Sequence record: DRR378314_213
DNA length: 64,000 bases
Reading direction: 5' to 3' (one strand)
Positions 49,263 to 61,131 of this stretch are shown here, one piece after another (position 1 is the first letter of the stretch; every line of letters starts with the position of its first letter). A program made the translations under genes and the position numbers. Under the pieces are notes generated by a model. The model worked only from the letters and a program-made list of their open reading frames with translations. It made no database searches and was not told the origin of the DNA.

Positions 49263-50300
49263 TTAATTGATCGTGGAGACGAAGCTTGTATCCACCATTT
49301 TATCAAGCGTGAGGCTTGCTGGTGCCAGTTTGTGTTTCTGGAACCATTTAAGCTGCTTTTCCACATCCTTGACATCAAGCGCTGCGCCTTCGTTCAAGTA
49401 GACCGCACCCGCTTTGATCGGCGGGGCCGCTTTTTCAATAGGACGATCTGCATAGACGTATTTATGGATCAGCTCGACCATGGCGTCAGTAGCTGCAGGG
49501 TCTTTATCTTGGTGCTGCATGACAGCGTCATAGTCCGCGATGCCTTTTGCATAAGCCTTCATAAAGCGGCTGACCAGGTCTTTGCGCTCAACTGTGTTTT
49601 TCGTCGAGGTGAAGATTGTGGTGACTTGATAATCGGACATGTCTTGGATCTGGCCAATGATTTGGGCAGCTCCGCCTTTGGCGAGGGCTTTGGCAATATG
49701 CGGAACAATAGCCATGGCATCCACCTGACCGGATTTCAACGCGCCGATCATGGAGCCAACCTTTTGCAGGGGCTTGAGTTTCATGTCGCTGATGTCAAAG
49801 CCGTTATTTTCCGCAATAAGACCCGCCATATAATGAAAGGAGGATCCTTGCTGTGTCATCGCCCAGCTTTTCCCTTTTAGGTCAGCCGCCGTTTTCAGAC
49901 CCGCTTCATAAGCCTTGTTAGAAGCCAGAATAATATTGCCGGGCGCGCCTTTCTTCTCTGACATCATGCCGCCAATAACTTTCAGGGCACCTTTGTCGGC
50001 AAGGCTATAAAAGCCGCCACTGAGTGCAGTCACACCAAAGTCGATATCGCCCGATGCAATGGCAACAGCGATTGGTTGGGCTGCCTGGAAGAATTTCAGT
50101 TCAACATCCAGCCCTTCCTCTTTGAAATAGCCCTTTTCATAAGCAATAAAGGTCGGGGAATGAGAGGTGAAGCGAAGTGCGCCAATGGTAATTTTATCAG
50201 CGGCAAGTGCCTGTCCGGCAAAAGCCGACAGTGCCGCTACACCGGCAATGGCGCCAAGCAGGGCCCGCCGTGTTACAGAGTTAAAAATTTTTGCTTTCAT
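49263..50300 (-). CDS. NitT/TauT (NMT1/SsuA-like) substrate-binding protein
   Basis: Signal with TRRALLG; IAYEKGYFKEEGLDVEL, DLKGK, ALKSGQVDA. Confidence 0.88.
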   Translation of the reverse strand: MKAKIFNSVTRRALLGAIAGVAALSAFAGQALAADKITIGALRFTSHSPTFIAYEKGYFKEEGLDVELKFFQAAQPIAVAIASGDIDFGVTALSGGFYSLADKGALKVIGGMMSEKKGAPGNIILASNKAYEAGLKTAADLKGKSWAMTQQGSSFHYMAGLIAENNGFDISDMKLKPLQKVGSMIGALKSGQVDAMAIVPHIAKALAKGGAAQIIGQIQDMSDYQVTTIFTSTKNTVERKDLVSRFMKAYAKGIADYDAVMQHQDKDPAATDAMVELIHKYVYADRPIEKAAPPIKAGAVYLNEGAALDVKDVEKQLKWFQKHKLAPASLTLDKMVDTSFVSTIN

Positions 50301-50427
50301 AGGTGAGTTCTCCCTTACATTGAAACTGTTTTTTCGGAAGGTACGCGATTGCTGGAAACCAATCAATCCAGAACAACACGAGTGGCTTGAAAAATGCAGA
50401 TTTCAGCGTAAGGGAGGGGTATGCCTG

Positions 50428-51186
50428 TCAGGTTTTGTTTATGGAGTTGCCGCCATCGACGATAAACGGACTGCCGGTTACAAAACTGGATAAATCAGAC
50501 ATGAGGAAAAGGGCGGCATTGGCGATTTCAGTAGGCTCAGCAATTCTTTTTAAGGCATGAAGGCTTTCAAGAAAGGCTTTGTGGTCCGGGTTGGTGTCGA
50601 TATCGCCAGCCATAGGCGTATTTGTGCCACCTGGCAGCATTGCGGTGACGCGGATATTATCAGCGCCATGCTCAATGGCCAATGTCTGTGCAAGTCCGAT
50701 CAAACCTGCTTTGGCTGCGGCATAGGCGCCCATTCCCGGAAACGAGGCAGTGGTGCCCACAAAGCTGGAGGTGAACACCATAGAACCCCCTTCGGCTTTC
50801 AGGGCTGGGATCTGATGCTTCGCAAGATAAAAGGCACTGTCCAGATTTGTGACGAGCGTATGCCGCCAGTTTTCTGCACTCATGTTTTCTATGGGACCCG
50901 GATTTCCCATTGTTCCGGCATTGTTAAAAGCTCCGTTCAGATGTCCATAGGTGGAGCAGGCCAGATTGACAAGTTTGCGTGCATATTCCTCCGATGTGAC
51001 ATCACCGGCGAGAAAAACAGCATTTCCATTGTCATCTAGTATCTTTTGAGAAATCAGCGCCAACTCTTCTGAACGGCGGGCGCCTAACGTCAGATTGGCG
51101 CCGTGCCTGGCGAAAAGGCGGGCTGTAGCAGCACCAATTCCACTGCTCGCGCCGGTAATGATGATCGATTTATCTTTAAGTAACAT
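50428..51186 (-). CDS. SDR family oxidoreductase
   Basis: TGASSGIG, NNAG, YAAAK, VDGG. Confidence 0.92.
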   Translation of the reverse strand: MLLKDKSIIITGASSGIGAATARLFARHGANLTLGARRSEELALISQKILDDNGNAVFLAGDVTSEEYARKLVNLACSTYGHLNGAFNNAGTMGNPGPIENMSAENWRHTLVTNLDSAFYLAKHQIPALKAEGGSMVFTSSFVGTTASFPGMGAYAAAKAGLIGLAQTLAIEHGADNIRVTAMLPGGTNTPMAGDIDTNPDHKAFLESLHALKRIAEPTEIANAALFLMSDLSSFVTGSPFIVDGGNSINKT

Positions 51187-51272
51187 CGGGATTTTCCTCC
51201 ATCCATTCGGTTAGGGGGAAAGCATAGAAACAGGCTCAATCTGTCACTATCCGAAAGCCGCGCAGCAATTTT

Positions 51273-51722
51273 TCAAAGGGGGAGTGCCGTCGTAAATTTA
51301 ATTTCTTCCATGGCAAAGTTGCTGCTCACATCACTGAGTTCAATGGATTGGATCAGGCGCCTGTAAAAGCCGTCATAGCTGGCAATATCCGGCACCACGA
51401 CTTTTAACAGGTAATCGACGTCGCCGCTCATCCGATAGAATTCTGTAATTTCAGGGAACCGTTCTACCACTTGTGCAAATTTTTCAAGCCAGTCGGGTTC
51501 ATGGGAAGCTGTTTTGACATTTACAAAAACCGTCACGGGTAGGCCAATTTTTTCCCGGTTCAAAAGCGTGACGCTGGATTTAATAATCCCGACTTGTTCC
51601 ATGGATTTGATCCGCCGCCAGCACGCCGTTCGCGAACAGCCGACTTTTTCCGCCAACTGATTAACCGGGATCTGATTATTATTTTGCAGGTAATTAAGAA
51701 TTTTTCGATCAATAGCGTCCAT
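51273..51722 (-). CDS. Lrp/AsnC family regulator (DecR-like)
   Basis: DRKIL..LQ, CSRTACWRRIK, EFYRMSGDVDYLLKV, FAMEEIK. Confidence 0.9.
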   Translation of the reverse strand: MDAIDRKILNYLQNNNQIPVNQLAEKVGCSRTACWRRIKSMEQVGIIKSSVTLLNREKIGLPVTVFVNVKTASHEPDWLEKFAQVVERFPEITEFYRMSGDVDYLLKVVVPDIASYDGFYRRLIQSIELSDVSSNFAMEEIKFTTALPL

Positions 51723-51865
51723 GGAAAAAAACCCATATTATTTAAATTAATAAAACAAACGTTTCGCAATATAGATAAAGTGTGGGAATTTTGGAAATTA
51801 ATTCCTCTAATTTCGCGGCATGCTGTTCCTCAGTCGTCACAACGAAGAGAAAAAGGGGATAGTTG

Positions 51866-52144
51866 ATGAAAGTGATCCGCGCGCATTTTACGGACCATCC
51901 GGCTTCTGTAAATGAAACCTATCTGGAGCATATGGCCATGTCTGCCGGTTTTGGCAGGGCTTTGCTGGTCGCAACTGCTTGTGCGTTCGTTCACGCGATA
52001 TTTCCATTTCTGTTTGAGAAAACAGCAAGCGGGATCATTAATCAATTGCATTCCCGGATGGTGACAAACCGCCTTTTGAAGACGGCAAAAAGTCACGATG
52101 CGGAGATGGTTCGAAAAGCAACAGCAGGCGTCTATTATATCTAA
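51866..52144 (+). CDS. Small protein, DUF6356-like
   Basis: FTDHPASVNETYLEH...VHAIFPFLFEKTAS. Confidence 0.7.
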   Translation: MKVIRAHFTDHPASVNETYLEHMAMSAGFGRALLVATACAFVHAIFPFLFEKTASGIINQLHSRMVTNRLLKTAKSHDAEMVRKATAGVYYI

Positions 52145-52276
52145 AGGCAAGACCAATTGGGCTCATCGGGCATGTGAAAGCCATTGACCCGATCCTTGGT
52201 TATGCGCATAACTTCCCCTCAGGAACTCAGAAACTGGGGAATGGGTGAATTGTCTGAAGGACAGTCACGAGGGTGA

Positions 52277-53689
52277 ATGCGACCAATCCTTTTTGTAAAC
52301 GGTGCCGTTTTGGCAATTATATCTCTGCCGCTTCTGGTGATCGAGATGTTGAACCCTGGCGCCGATTTACCTTTCTTGAAAGCGTTTGGGGTTATTGTAT
52401 TCCTGGGTCTGGGGCTGATGTTGGCATCCCGCGGCGGCCGTATTGAATTTACCCATAAGCAGATTTTTATCCTGACGGCCTCAATCTGGGTGGTGTTGAC
52501 ATTCGCAGCGACCTTGCCCTTTTACCTTTATGGCATGCGATTGCCTGATGCCGTTTTTGAGGCGTCTTCAGGGATTACGACGACAGGAGCCACGGTGCTT
52601 TCGGGTCTGGATGATTTGCCCCATAGTATTCTGATGTGGCGCGCCTTTTTGCAATGGCTCGGCGGAATCGGGATTGTGGTGACAGCAATTGCGCTGCTGC
52701 CTTTCCTCGGGATTGGGGGGATGCAGCTGTTTCGGTCAGAAAGCTCTGAACTTTCTGAAAAGGAGCTTCCCTCAGCCGCAAAACTGGCAAGTACCACCTT
52801 ATGGGTTTATTCGGCAATGACACTGGCCTGCGCCATTGCCTATATTTGGGGCGGGATGACAGTCTTTGATGGGATTGCCCATGCGTTCACCACCGTTGCG
52901 ACGGGTGGATATTCGACCCATGATAAATCCTTCGGTTTTTTTGATAGCGCCTGGATTCAATGGACCTGTATCATCTTTATGTATCTGGGAAGTTTGCCTT
53001 TCCTTTGGTATATTCGTGTTCTTCGTACCCGCCAGCTGTGGAGCGAGCAGGTTACGGTTTACAGTGTTGGTCTGGTTGTCGTGATCGTTGTTCTGGTGCT
53101 TTGGTTGATCCATGGACATGACATCGAAACTGAAGTTGCCATCCGCCAATCGGCGTTCAGCGTTGTATCAGTAGTCACGACAAGCGGATTTGCGGTTACG
53201 GATTACACACAATGGGGGCATTTCTCTGTCGCCCTGTTTTTCTTTTTGATCTTTATTGGCGGCTGCACCGGTTCCACATCAGGCGGGATCAAAATCATGC
53301 GCTTTATCATCAGCGCCAAGATGATCCGCCAAATAGTTCGAAAACAGATTTATCCAAACGGGATTTTCTCTGAAAAATACGATGGCAAGAAAATCTCGGA
53401 CAATGTGTTTAAGGGGGTTGCCAGCTTTGTGCTGGTGATCGTCCTGACCTTTATCTTCTTTGCCATGCTGCTCATGATCTCAGGGTTGGATTTTGTCACC
53501 AGTTTAAGTGCATCTGCCGCTGCGGTCACCAATGTGGGGCCGGGTGTTGGGCATATGATCGGGCCTGTTGGAAACTATTCCGAGGTGCATGATCTGGCTA
53601 AGTGGGTTTTATCCTTTGAAATGATACTGGGGCGGCTTGAAATTTTCACACTCCTGATTTTTTTGTCCCCCGGCTTTTGGCGGAGTTAA
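52277..53689 (+). CDS. trkH: Trk potassium uptake membrane protein
   Basis: Pore loops TTTGAT, ATGGYS, TTSGF, NVGPG; GGCTGSTSGGIK; GRLE. Confidence 0.9.
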   Translation: MRPILFVNGAVLAIISLPLLVIEMLNPGADLPFLKAFGVIVFLGLGLMLASRGGRIEFTHKQIFILTASIWVVLTFAATLPFYLYGMRLPDAVFEASSGITTTGATVLSGLDDLPHSILMWRAFLQWLGGIGIVVTAIALLPFLGIGGMQLFRSESSELSEKELPSAAKLASTTLWVYSAMTLACAIAYIWGGMTVFDGIAHAFTTVATGGYSTHDKSFGFFDSAWIQWTCIIFMYLGSLPFLWYIRVLRTRQLWSEQVTVYSVGLVVVIVVLVLWLIHGHDIETEVAIRQSAFSVVSVVTTSGFAVTDYTQWGHFSVALFFFLIFIGGCTGSTSGGIKIMRFIISAKMIRQIVRKQIYPNGIFSEKYDGKKISDNVFKGVASFVLVIVLTFIFFAMLLMISGLDFVTSLSASAAAVTNVGPGVGHMIGPVGNYSEVHDLAKWVLSFEMILGRLEIFTLLIFLSPGFWRS

Positions 53690-53869
53690 TGAAGGGGCCG
53701 ATCGAGATGCAGGAAAAGCCGTTTTTCGCAGTTGCAATAGGTTGCTAAGACCCGCAATATCTTGTAGAACTTGTTTCAGCAGACTGCAATATGGCGGGAT
53801 GCATATAAGTATAAAGATTTCGGTTTTTGATCCCTCTGATCAAGATCAGTCAACATTTGGAAGTGTGCC

Positions 53870-56602
53870 TTGAACGACATTACTCTGCCTCCGAGCGATA
53901 AAGACATCGTCCCCGTTACAATTGAAGAGGAAATGCGCAAGTCCTATTTGGACTATGCCATGAGTGTTATCGTATCCCGTGCGTTGCCGGATGCCCGAGA
54001 TGGGCTGAAGCCAGTGCATCGGCGGATCATTTATGCCATGTATGAAAATGGCTATACCTCCGACAAGCAATTCAGAAAATCTGCCCGTGTGGTCGGTGAT
54101 GTGATGGGTCGGTATCACCCCCATGGTGACAGCGCCATTTATGATGCTATGGTCCGCCTGGCACAAAGCTTTTCCATGCGCTTGCCCTTGGTTGAGGGGC
54201 AGGGGAATTTCGGCTCCATGGACGGCGATAAAGCCGCTGCCATGCGGTATACGGAAGCCCGTCTTGAAAAAGCTGCAGAAAGTCTGATTGATGATATCGA
54301 CAAGGAAACTGTCGATTTTGCCAATAACTATGATGATTCCGAAACCGAACCGACAGTTTTGCCAGCGCGATACCCAAATCTTCTGGTCAATGGGGCCGGC
54401 GGTATTGCTGTGGGGATGGCAACAAATATTCCGCCGCATAACCTGGGGGAAGTTATTGATGCGTCTCTGGCATTGCTGGAAAAGCCAGAACTGGCGCCTG
54501 AAGATCTAATTGAGTATGTTCCGGGCCCTGATTTTCCAACTGGCGGTGTGATCCTGGGCCGATCCGGTTCCATAAGTGCGTTGTCCACCGGACGTGGGTC
54601 CGTGATTATGCGGGCTAAGGTAGATATTGAGGAAATTCGCAAAGATCGTCAGGCTTTGATCGTTACGGAAATTCCCTATCAGGTTAATAAATCCCGCCTT
54701 GTTGAGCAGATTGCCGATCTGGTGCGCGCCAAGAAAATCGAAGGAATTGGCGATCTTCGCGATGAATCGGATCGCCATGGTGTACGGGTGGTGATCGAGA
54801 TTAAACGCGATGCCATGGCAGAGGTGGTGTTGAACCAGCTCTACCGCTACACCTATCTTCAGACCTCATTTGGTGCCAATATGCTGGCCCTTAACCGCGG
54901 AAAGCCGGAAATGATGAACCTTAAGCAATTGCTTGAGGCATTCCTGGATTTCCGTGAAGAGGTTGTGACCCGCCGGACGAAGTTTTTGCTCCGTAAAGCG
55001 CGGGAACGGGCCCATGTTTTGATCGGTCTGGCGATTGCTGTTGCCAATATTGATGAAATTATTCACCTGATCCGGAACGCGCCTGATCCCGCGACGGCAA
55101 GGGCCGGGTTGATGGGCCGTGATTGGCCTGCGCAGGCGGTTGAATCGCTGATCCGCCTGGTGGATGATCCTGAATACCCGATTAACGAAGATGGAACCTA
55201 TCGTCTGTCTGAATTCCAGGCTAGGGCCATTCTGGACCTCCGGCTGCAACGTCTGACAGCGTTGGGTCAAAATGAAATCGGTGATGAGCTGAAAGGCCTC
55301 GGTGAACAGATTCTGGATTATCTGGAAATCCTGTCCAGCCGGGTTCGTCTGGTCGGTATTATCCGTGACGAACTTCTGGAGATGCGGGAAAAATATGCAA
55401 CCCCGCGCCGAACTGTCATCGAGGAAAATGAATTTGAGCATGACATTGAAGACCTGATCCAACGAGAGGATATGGTTCTGACCGTCAGCCACAAGGGGTA
55501 TATCAAGCGGGTTCCGCTGTCGACCTATCGGCCGCAACGCCGGGGTGGTAAAGGTCGGGCCGGGATGCAGACCCGGGATGAGGATTTTGTAACACGGGTC
55601 TTTGTGGTGAATACCCATATGCCGGTTCTGTTCTTCTCCTCCTTCGGTCGGGTCTACAAGATGAAGGTTTATCGCTTGCCTGTGGGCTCACCTCAGAGCC
55701 TTGGTAAAGCAATCATCAACCTGTTGCCGCTTGAAGATGGTGAGTTTATCTCAACGCTGATGCCGTTGCCCGAGGAAGAGGAAACCTGGAACGATTTCGA
55801 GGTTATGTTCGCCACCAGCAAAGGTAATGTGCGCCGGAACCGTCTGAGTGATTTCTCCAATGTGAAATCCAACGGCAAGATTGCCATGAAACTGGATGAT
55901 GATGACAGCCTTGTCGGTGTGCAGCTTTGTACGGAAGCCTCTGACGTGCTGCTGGCTGCAGCCGGCGGCAAATGTATCCGTTTCCAGGCAACAGATGTAC
56001 GGCTCTTTAAAGGTCGGGACTCCACCGGTGTTCGGGGTATGAGACTTGCCAAAGGAGACCGTGTTATCGGGATGTCCGTCCTTGGCCATGTGGATGTTGA
56101 GACTGAACAGCGGGATGCTTACCTTAAGGCGCGCCGTTCCGAAGATGAAGACGGGAATGTCACGGATTATGCGGGCTTGAGCGAAGAGCGCTATCAGGAA
56201 CTTTATGATCGTGAGGAGGTTCTGTTGTCCATTACTGAAAATGGCTATGGCAAACGGACCAATGCTTATGAATACCGGGTAACCAACAGGGGTGGTCAGG
56301 GTATCATCAATATTGAGACTTCGGCCCGCAACGGGGACGTGGTCGCAACGATGCCAATTACGCCAGAGCATCAGATCATGTTGGTGACCAATGGCGGTAA
56401 ACTGATCCGGACATCCGTTCAGGATATTAGAATTGCGGGCCGAAATACGCAGGGTGTAACCCTGTTCAAGACAGCCGCAGAAGAAAAGGTCGTTTCCGTG
56501 ACAGCATTGATGGATGCTCAAGCGGAGGAAGATGATCTTGAGGAAGGTGACGCACCAGAGGAAGGTGTCGAGAATTCCGATCAACAGGACGGGGATACCT
56601 GA
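53870..56602 (+). CDS. gyrA: DNA gyrase subunit A
   Basis: [28 protein letters not shown], GyrA-box QRRGGKG. Confidence 0.98.
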   Translation: MNDITLPPSDKDIVPVTIEEEMRKSYLDYAMSVIVSRALPDARDGLKPVHRRIIYAMYENGYTSDKQFRKSARVVGDVMGRYHPHGDSAIYDAMVRLAQSFSMRLPLVEGQGNFGSMDGDKAAAMRYTEARLEKAAESLIDDIDKETVDFANNYDDSETEPTVLPARYPNLLVNGAGGIAVGMATNIPPHNLGEVIDASLALLEKPELAPEDLIEYVPGPDFPTGGVILGRSGSISALSTGRGSVIMRAKVDIEEIRKDRQALIVTEIPYQVNKSRLVEQIADLVRAKKIEGIGDLRDESDRHGVRVVIEIKRDAMAEVVLNQLYRYTYLQTSFGANMLALNRGKPEMMNLKQLLEAFLDFREEVVTRRTKFLLRKARERAHVLIGLAIAVANIDEIIHLIRNAPDPATARAGLMGRDWPAQAVESLIRLVDDPEYPINEDGTYRLSEFQARAILDLRLQRLTALGQNEIGDELKGLGEQILDYLEILSSRVRLVGIIRDELLEMREKYATPRRTVIEENEFEHDIEDLIQREDMVLTVSHKGYIKRVPLSTYRPQRRGGKGRAGMQTRDEDFVTRVFVVNTHMPVLFFSSFGRVYKMKVYRLPVGSPQSLGKAIINLLPLEDGEFISTLMPLPEEEETWNDFEVMFATSKGNVRRNRLSDFSNVKSNGKIAMKLDDDDSLVGVQLCTEASDVLLAAAGGKCIRFQATDVRLFKGRDSTGVRGMRLAKGDRVIGMSVLGHVDVETEQRDAYLKARRSEDEDGNVTDYAGLSEERYQELYDREEVLLSITENGYGKRTNAYEYRVTNRGGQGIINIETSARNGDVVATMPITPEHQIMLVTNGGKLIRTSVQDIRIAGRNTQGVTLFKTAAEEKVVSVTALMDAQAEEDDLEEGDAPEEGVENSDQQDGDT

Positions 56603-56662
56603 AACCAGGGTCCCCAGATCAAAAGCTAACGGAGAAATAGCAAGTCTGAAAGGAAACACTTT

Positions 56663-57178
56663 ATGCCTAAAGAGCGTATTGGCCTTTATCCAGGAACATT
56701 CGATCCGATTACCCTGGGTCACTATGATATTATCAAACGGGCGTCAAAGCTTGTTGACACCCTGGTAATTGGGGTCGCAATGAACCCTGGGAAAAGTCCG
56801 CTTTTTTCAGTGGCCGAGCGGTGCCAAATGGTGCAAACCCTGATAACGGAATTTCCGAATACAAATTTTGAGGTTAAACCCTTTGATAATTTGTTGATGC
56901 ATTTTGCAGAACAATGTAATGCCAGTGTCATCATTCGCGGCTTGCGGGCCGTGTCGGATTTTGAGTATGAATTTCAGATGGTCGGCATGAACCGGCGTTT
57001 GAATTCTGAGATTGAAACCGTGTTTTTAATGGCGTCTGATCAACACCAGTTTATCGCTTCTTCCTTGGTCAAGGAAATTGCAATTCTGGGAGGGGACATT
57101 TCTAAATTTGTCTCCAAGACGACAGCGACTGCCATTGTGGAACGCGTCGAACTGCTTGCAAAGCAGTCCAAAGATTAA
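56663..57178 (+). CDS. coaD: Phosphopantetheine adenylyltransferase
   Basis: YPGTFDPITLGH, RGLRAVSDFEYE, SSLVKEIA. Confidence 0.97.
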   Translation: MPKERIGLYPGTFDPITLGHYDIIKRASKLVDTLVIGVAMNPGKSPLFSVAERCQMVQTLITEFPNTNFEVKPFDNLLMHFAEQCNASVIIRGLRAVSDFEYEFQMVGMNRRLNSEIETVFLMASDQHQFIASSLVKEIAILGGDISKFVSKTTATAIVERVELLAKQSKD

Positions 57179-57204
57179 CCCCCCTGGGGGAGTAGGAGCA
57201 GACT

Positions 57205-57690
57205 ATGTCAAAGGACCTGGAGAACACGCTTTATCTTGAGTTGAAAGATGGGCGTGTTGAGATTGAATTGCGTCCTGATCTGGCGCCCAACCATGTGGCC
57301 CGAATCAAGGAACTGGCGCGGGACGGCTTTTATGATGGGCTTGTGTTCCATCGGGTTATTGATGGTTTCATGGCCCAGACTGGCGATCCCAAAGGAAATG
57401 GTACCGGCGGTTCCGGTCAAAACCTATCTGCCGAATTTTCAGGTGAAGCCCATGTGGAAGGAACTTGTTCCATGGCGCGGGCTGCAGATCCGGACAGCGC
57501 AGATAGCCAGTTCTTCATCATGTTTGCCCCGGCCCCCCATTTGGATAGTCAATACAGCATCTGGGGTCAGGTCGTGGAAGGCATGGAACATGTGCATTCC
57601 ATCAAAAAAGGTGACGGTATGATGAACGGGACGGTTAAAGATCCGGACACAATCGTCAGCATGAAGGTTGCGGCAGACGTCGCTGAATAA
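57205..57690 (+). CDS. Cyclophilin-type peptidyl-prolyl isomerase
   Basis: [25 protein letters not shown]. Confidence 0.93.
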   Translation: MSKDLENTLYLELKDGRVEIELRPDLAPNHVARIKELARDGFYDGLVFHRVIDGFMAQTGDPKGNGTGGSGQNLSAEFSGEAHVEGTCSMARAADPDSADSQFFIMFAPAPHLDSQYSIWGQVVEGMEHVHSIKKGDGMMNGTVKDPDTIVSMKVAADVAE

Positions 57691-57711
57691 ATGTATTTGC
57701 AGGAAGCCTTG

Positions 57712-57746
57712 ACGAACGGTTCTTTTCACAAAGGACCGTTCGTTTT
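57712..57746 (+). terminator. Terminator-like stem-loop before queA
   Basis: ACGAACGGTTCTTT-tcac-AAAGGACCGTTCGT then TTT. Confidence 0.65.
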
Positions 57747-57758
57747 GCTGTTTATAAG

Positions 57759-58790
57759 ATGCTTGTAGACGAATTTGACTTTCAATTACCCACTGATTTA
57801 ATCGCGGATCGTCCTGTCACCCCACGGGAAGCGGCAAAAATGCTGGTTGTTGCTGATGGGTTGTCAGATCATACTGTGGGGGAGTTGTCGGATTTTCTAA
57901 AATCTGGTGATGTTCTGGTTTTTAACGATACCAAAGTCATTCCGGCCCGCTTGAAAGGGACCCGGCGCACGGCAAAAATAGAAGTCACGCTACACAAGAA
58001 TGTAGGGCTTGATACCTGGCATGCTTTTGCCAAGCCTGCCAAAAAGCTGAAACCCGGTGACATTATAGAATTTTCCAGTGATTTCAGGGCTTTGGTCAGT
58101 CAAAAACTGGACGGTGGGGAGGTTGTTCTCACCTTTAATAAATCTGGTTTGGAATTGATGCAGGCGCTGTTGAAAGATGGTGAAATCCCGCTGCCGCCTT
58201 ATATCAGTTCGCTCCGCCCGGTGGATGATCAGGATAAAGAAGATTATCAGACCATATTTGCCCGTGAAGAAGGTGCGGTCGCGGCACCTACGGCCGGATT
58301 GCATTTTACGCCGGAATTGCTGGCGACAATCAAGGCTATGGGTGTCCAAACCGTCGCCACCACTTTGCATGTGGGGGCCGGGACCTTTTTACCGGTCAAG
58401 GTGGACGACACGGACGATCACATAATGCATTCAGAATATGGGATCATTACCAAAGAAGCTGCGGATCAGATTAATGAGTGCCGTAAAGCAGGGGGACGGA
58501 TTGTTTCTGTCGGGACGACAAGCTTGCGCCTGCTGGAAAGCGCTGCGGATGACGAAGGGATCATTCATCCTTTCAGTGCGGAGACGGATATCTTTATTAC
58601 ACCCGGCTATCGTTTCAAAGCGGTTGACGTGTTGATGACCAATTTTCATTTGCCAAAATCAACGTTATTTATGCTGGTATCCGCCTTTAGTGGTGCTGCT
58701 CAAATGAAGGCAGCGTACGCGCATGCCATTGATGCCAAATATCGGTTTTACTCTTATGGGGACAGTTCGCTGTTATTTCCGAAATCATGA
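57759..58790 (+). CDS. queA: S-adenosylmethionine:tRNA ribosyltransferase-isomerase
   Basis: [42 protein letters not shown]. Confidence 0.97.
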   Translation: MLVDEFDFQLPTDLIADRPVTPREAAKMLVVADGLSDHTVGELSDFLKSGDVLVFNDTKVIPARLKGTRRTAKIEVTLHKNVGLDTWHAFAKPAKKLKPGDIIEFSSDFRALVSQKLDGGEVVLTFNKSGLELMQALLKDGEIPLPPYISSLRPVDDQDKEDYQTIFAREEGAVAAPTAGLHFTPELLATIKAMGVQTVATTLHVGAGTFLPVKVDDTDDHIMHSEYGIITKEAADQINECRKAGGRIVSVGTTSLRLLESAADDEGIIHPFSAETDIFITPGYRFKAVDVLMTNFHLPKSTLFMLVSAFSGAAQMKAAYAHAIDAKYRFYSYGDSSLLFPKS

Positions 58791-59920
58791 CCATTTCCAA
58801 CTTTGAATTTCAGATCCAGTCGACAGATGGTGCTGCCCGGCGCGGAACATTGAAGACAGCTCACGGGGAGATCAGGACCCCAGCATTCATGCCGGTGGGC
58901 ACTGTTGGTACGGTTAAAGGGATGACCCCGGAAGCGGTGCGGGAGACCGGAGCCGACATATTGCTTGGGAATACCTATCATTTGATGTTGCGCCCTGGCT
59001 CAGAGCGGGTGAAAAAGCTGGGTGGTTTGCACAAATTCATGAATTGGGAGCGGCCGATCCTGACAGATTCCGGGGGCTTTCAGGTTATGTCCTTGAATGA
59101 GCTTCGGAAAATTGATGAAAATGGCGTGGTGTTTAAATCCCATATCGATGGCAAAAAGTTTGAGCTAACACCCGAGCGATCCATGCAGATCCAGAACGAT
59201 CTGGATGCGACCATAACGATGGCATTTGACGAATGCACACCGTTTCCGGCGGATCATAAACTTGCGGCTGACAGCATGCGCCGGTCCATGCGGTGGGCGA
59301 AACGCTCCCGCGATGGGTTTGAAAAGCGAACGGGCTATGGTCTGTTTGGAATTGTTCAGGGGTCCATCTATGAAGACCTGCGAAAAGAAAGCATAGAAGC
59401 TTTGACCGATATTGGGTTTGACGGATATGCAATCGGCGGATTGGCTGTTGGTGAGGGGCAGGAGAATATGTTTAAGACCCTTGAATTCACCACGCCCAAT
59501 ATGCCGACGGAAAAACCCCGGTACCTGATGGGGGTTGGTAAGCCGGACGATCTGGTTGGTGGTGTTATGCGGGGTGTTGATATGTTCGATTGTGTTTTAC
59601 CGACACGATCCGGGCGAAATGCACAGGCTTTTACCCGTTATGGGACAGTCAATATGCGAAATGCCCGCCATCAGGAAGATCCAAGACCTTTGGATGAAAA
59701 TTGTAAATGTCCGGCCTGCCGGAATTATTCACGCGCTTATTTGCATCATTTGTTCAGGGCGAAGGAAATTCTCGGATCAGTCTTACTGACCTGGCATAAT
59801 CTGCAATATTATCAAGATCTTATGGCAGGTATGCGAAAAGCAATTGGCGAAGGTGAGTTGGCGGATTTCGCCCTGGCTTTTCATGCTGCGCAAGATCAGG
59901 GTGATATCGACCCGCTTTAG
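58787..59920 (+). CDS. tgt: tRNA-guanine transglycosylase
   Basis: [33 protein letters not shown]. Confidence 0.97.
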   Translation: MTISNFEFQIQSTDGAARRGTLKTAHGEIRTPAFMPVGTVGTVKGMTPEAVRETGADILLGNTYHLMLRPGSERVKKLGGLHKFMNWERPILTDSGGFQVMSLNELRKIDENGVVFKSHIDGKKFELTPERSMQIQNDLDATITMAFDECTPFPADHKLAADSMRRSMRWAKRSRDGFEKRTGYGLFGIVQGSIYEDLRKESIEALTDIGFDGYAIGGLAVGEGQENMFKTLEFTTPNMPTEKPRYLMGVGKPDDLVGGVMRGVDMFDCVLPTRSGRNAQAFTRYGTVNMRNARHQEDPRPLDENCKCPACRNYSRAYLHHLFRAKEILGSVLLTWHNLQYYQDLMAGMRKAIGEGELADFALAFHAAQDQGDIDPL

Positions 59921-61131
59921 GTTTCCTCAAAGCTCATTCGGGTTCCAAGGATCTTTTGCACCTCTGCAACCGGTAGGGGTTTGGAGATCAAATAACCTTG
60001 CCCGAAATGGCAATCCAAATCCCGATAGAGGGAAAGCTGCTTCATGGTTTCAATCCCCTCGGCCACGATTTCCAGGTTCATGTTATGAGATAATCCGGCG
60101 ATGGCCCGAACGATTTCCTGGCTGCCCTGATCACTGAGCATATTATGGGTGAAAGAGCGGTCGATTTTCAGTTTATCAATTGGGAACTGATGCAGGTAGC
60201 TGAGGCTTGAATATCCAGTGCCAAAGTCATCGAGAACGATCTTAAATCCGAAACTTTTCAGGTCCTGAAGCATCTCCTTGGCACAATTGGTATCTGCCAT
60301 CAGGATAGTTTCAGTGATCTCCAGTTCTATATGCTCCGGATTAACTTTAGTTTTGAGTGCGATTGCTTTAATCGTTTCGACCAGATCGGGTTCAGAAAAT
60401 TGTTTGGCGGAAATATTGATGCTGACAAACACTTCCGGGCTGCGATGTTTTGAAGCCCGTTCATTGAACTCTATAGATTTGAGGCACGCCTCTTCAAACA
60501 CCCAGTCACCAATTTCCTGGATCATGTCGGTTTGTTCCGCGATATCGATAAAGTGATAGGGGGTTAGCAACCCTTTTTCTGGATGGTTCCAACGGATTAA
60601 AGCCTCAAAGCCGGCTGTAAACCCGCCCCGTAGAGAGATGATTGGTTGGAAAAACAGTTCAAACTCTGAATTGACAAGCGCTGCTTGTAATTCTTCTTTT
60701 ATTCTAAATCGTTGGACCAGTTCTTCACTGGTGGTTTGTAGCTTCTTCTCGCGATGATGCCGTCGGGATGAGAATGTATTGATCTGCTCATCGGTGCCGT
60801 AATGCTTCAGGGTCAAATTGTGACATCGATCCATGAAGAAATTGAGAAACAGGCTGAGGAGGGGATCTACGTGAGCAGTTTTTTCTTCAATATCAGAAAG
60901 AGTAACCACAACGAGTAAGCTGTCTTCCTCCGCCACAGCCGTCGAATAATGCGCAGCCCCTTCAATCACACCATATTCACCAAACATGTCACCCGGGCCA
61001 AGCGAATAGCTCCCGAGGCTGGACGCCCGGTCACTTACCGCGACTTTGCCCTGTTCGACAATATACGCGTATTCACCTGTTTCCTTGTCAGAGAGAATGA
61101 TGTCTCCCTTTTTGACCTGTATACGATGCAA
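59917..61131 (-). CDS. cNMP-binding domain + EAL domain protein
   Basis: N-term [58 protein letters not shown]. Confidence 0.88.
   Translation of the reverse strand: MHRIQVKKGDIILSDKETGEYAYIVEQGKVAVSDRASSLGSYSLGPGDMFGEYGVIEGAAHYSTAVAEEDSLLVVVTLSDIEEKTAHVDPLLSLFLNFFMDRCHNLTLKHYGTDEQINTFSSRRHHREKKLQTTSEELVQRFRIKEELQAALVNSEFELFFQPIISLRGGFTAGFEALIRWNHPEKGLLTPYHFIDIAEQTDMIQEIGDWVFEEACLKSIEFNERASKHRSPEVFVSINISAKQFSEPDLVETIKAIALKTKVNPEHIELEITETILMADTNCAKEMLQDLKSFGFKIVLDDFGTGYSSLSYLHQFPIDKLKIDRSFTHNMLSDQGSQEIVRAIAGLSHNMNLEIVAEGIETMKQLSLYRDLDCHFGQGYLISKPLPVAEVQKILGTRMSFEET

Noticed and set aside
54110-54150. Quinolone-resistance substitution, or ParC identity
   Set aside because: HGDSAIYD has the wild-type Ser and Asp, and the GyrA-box is present
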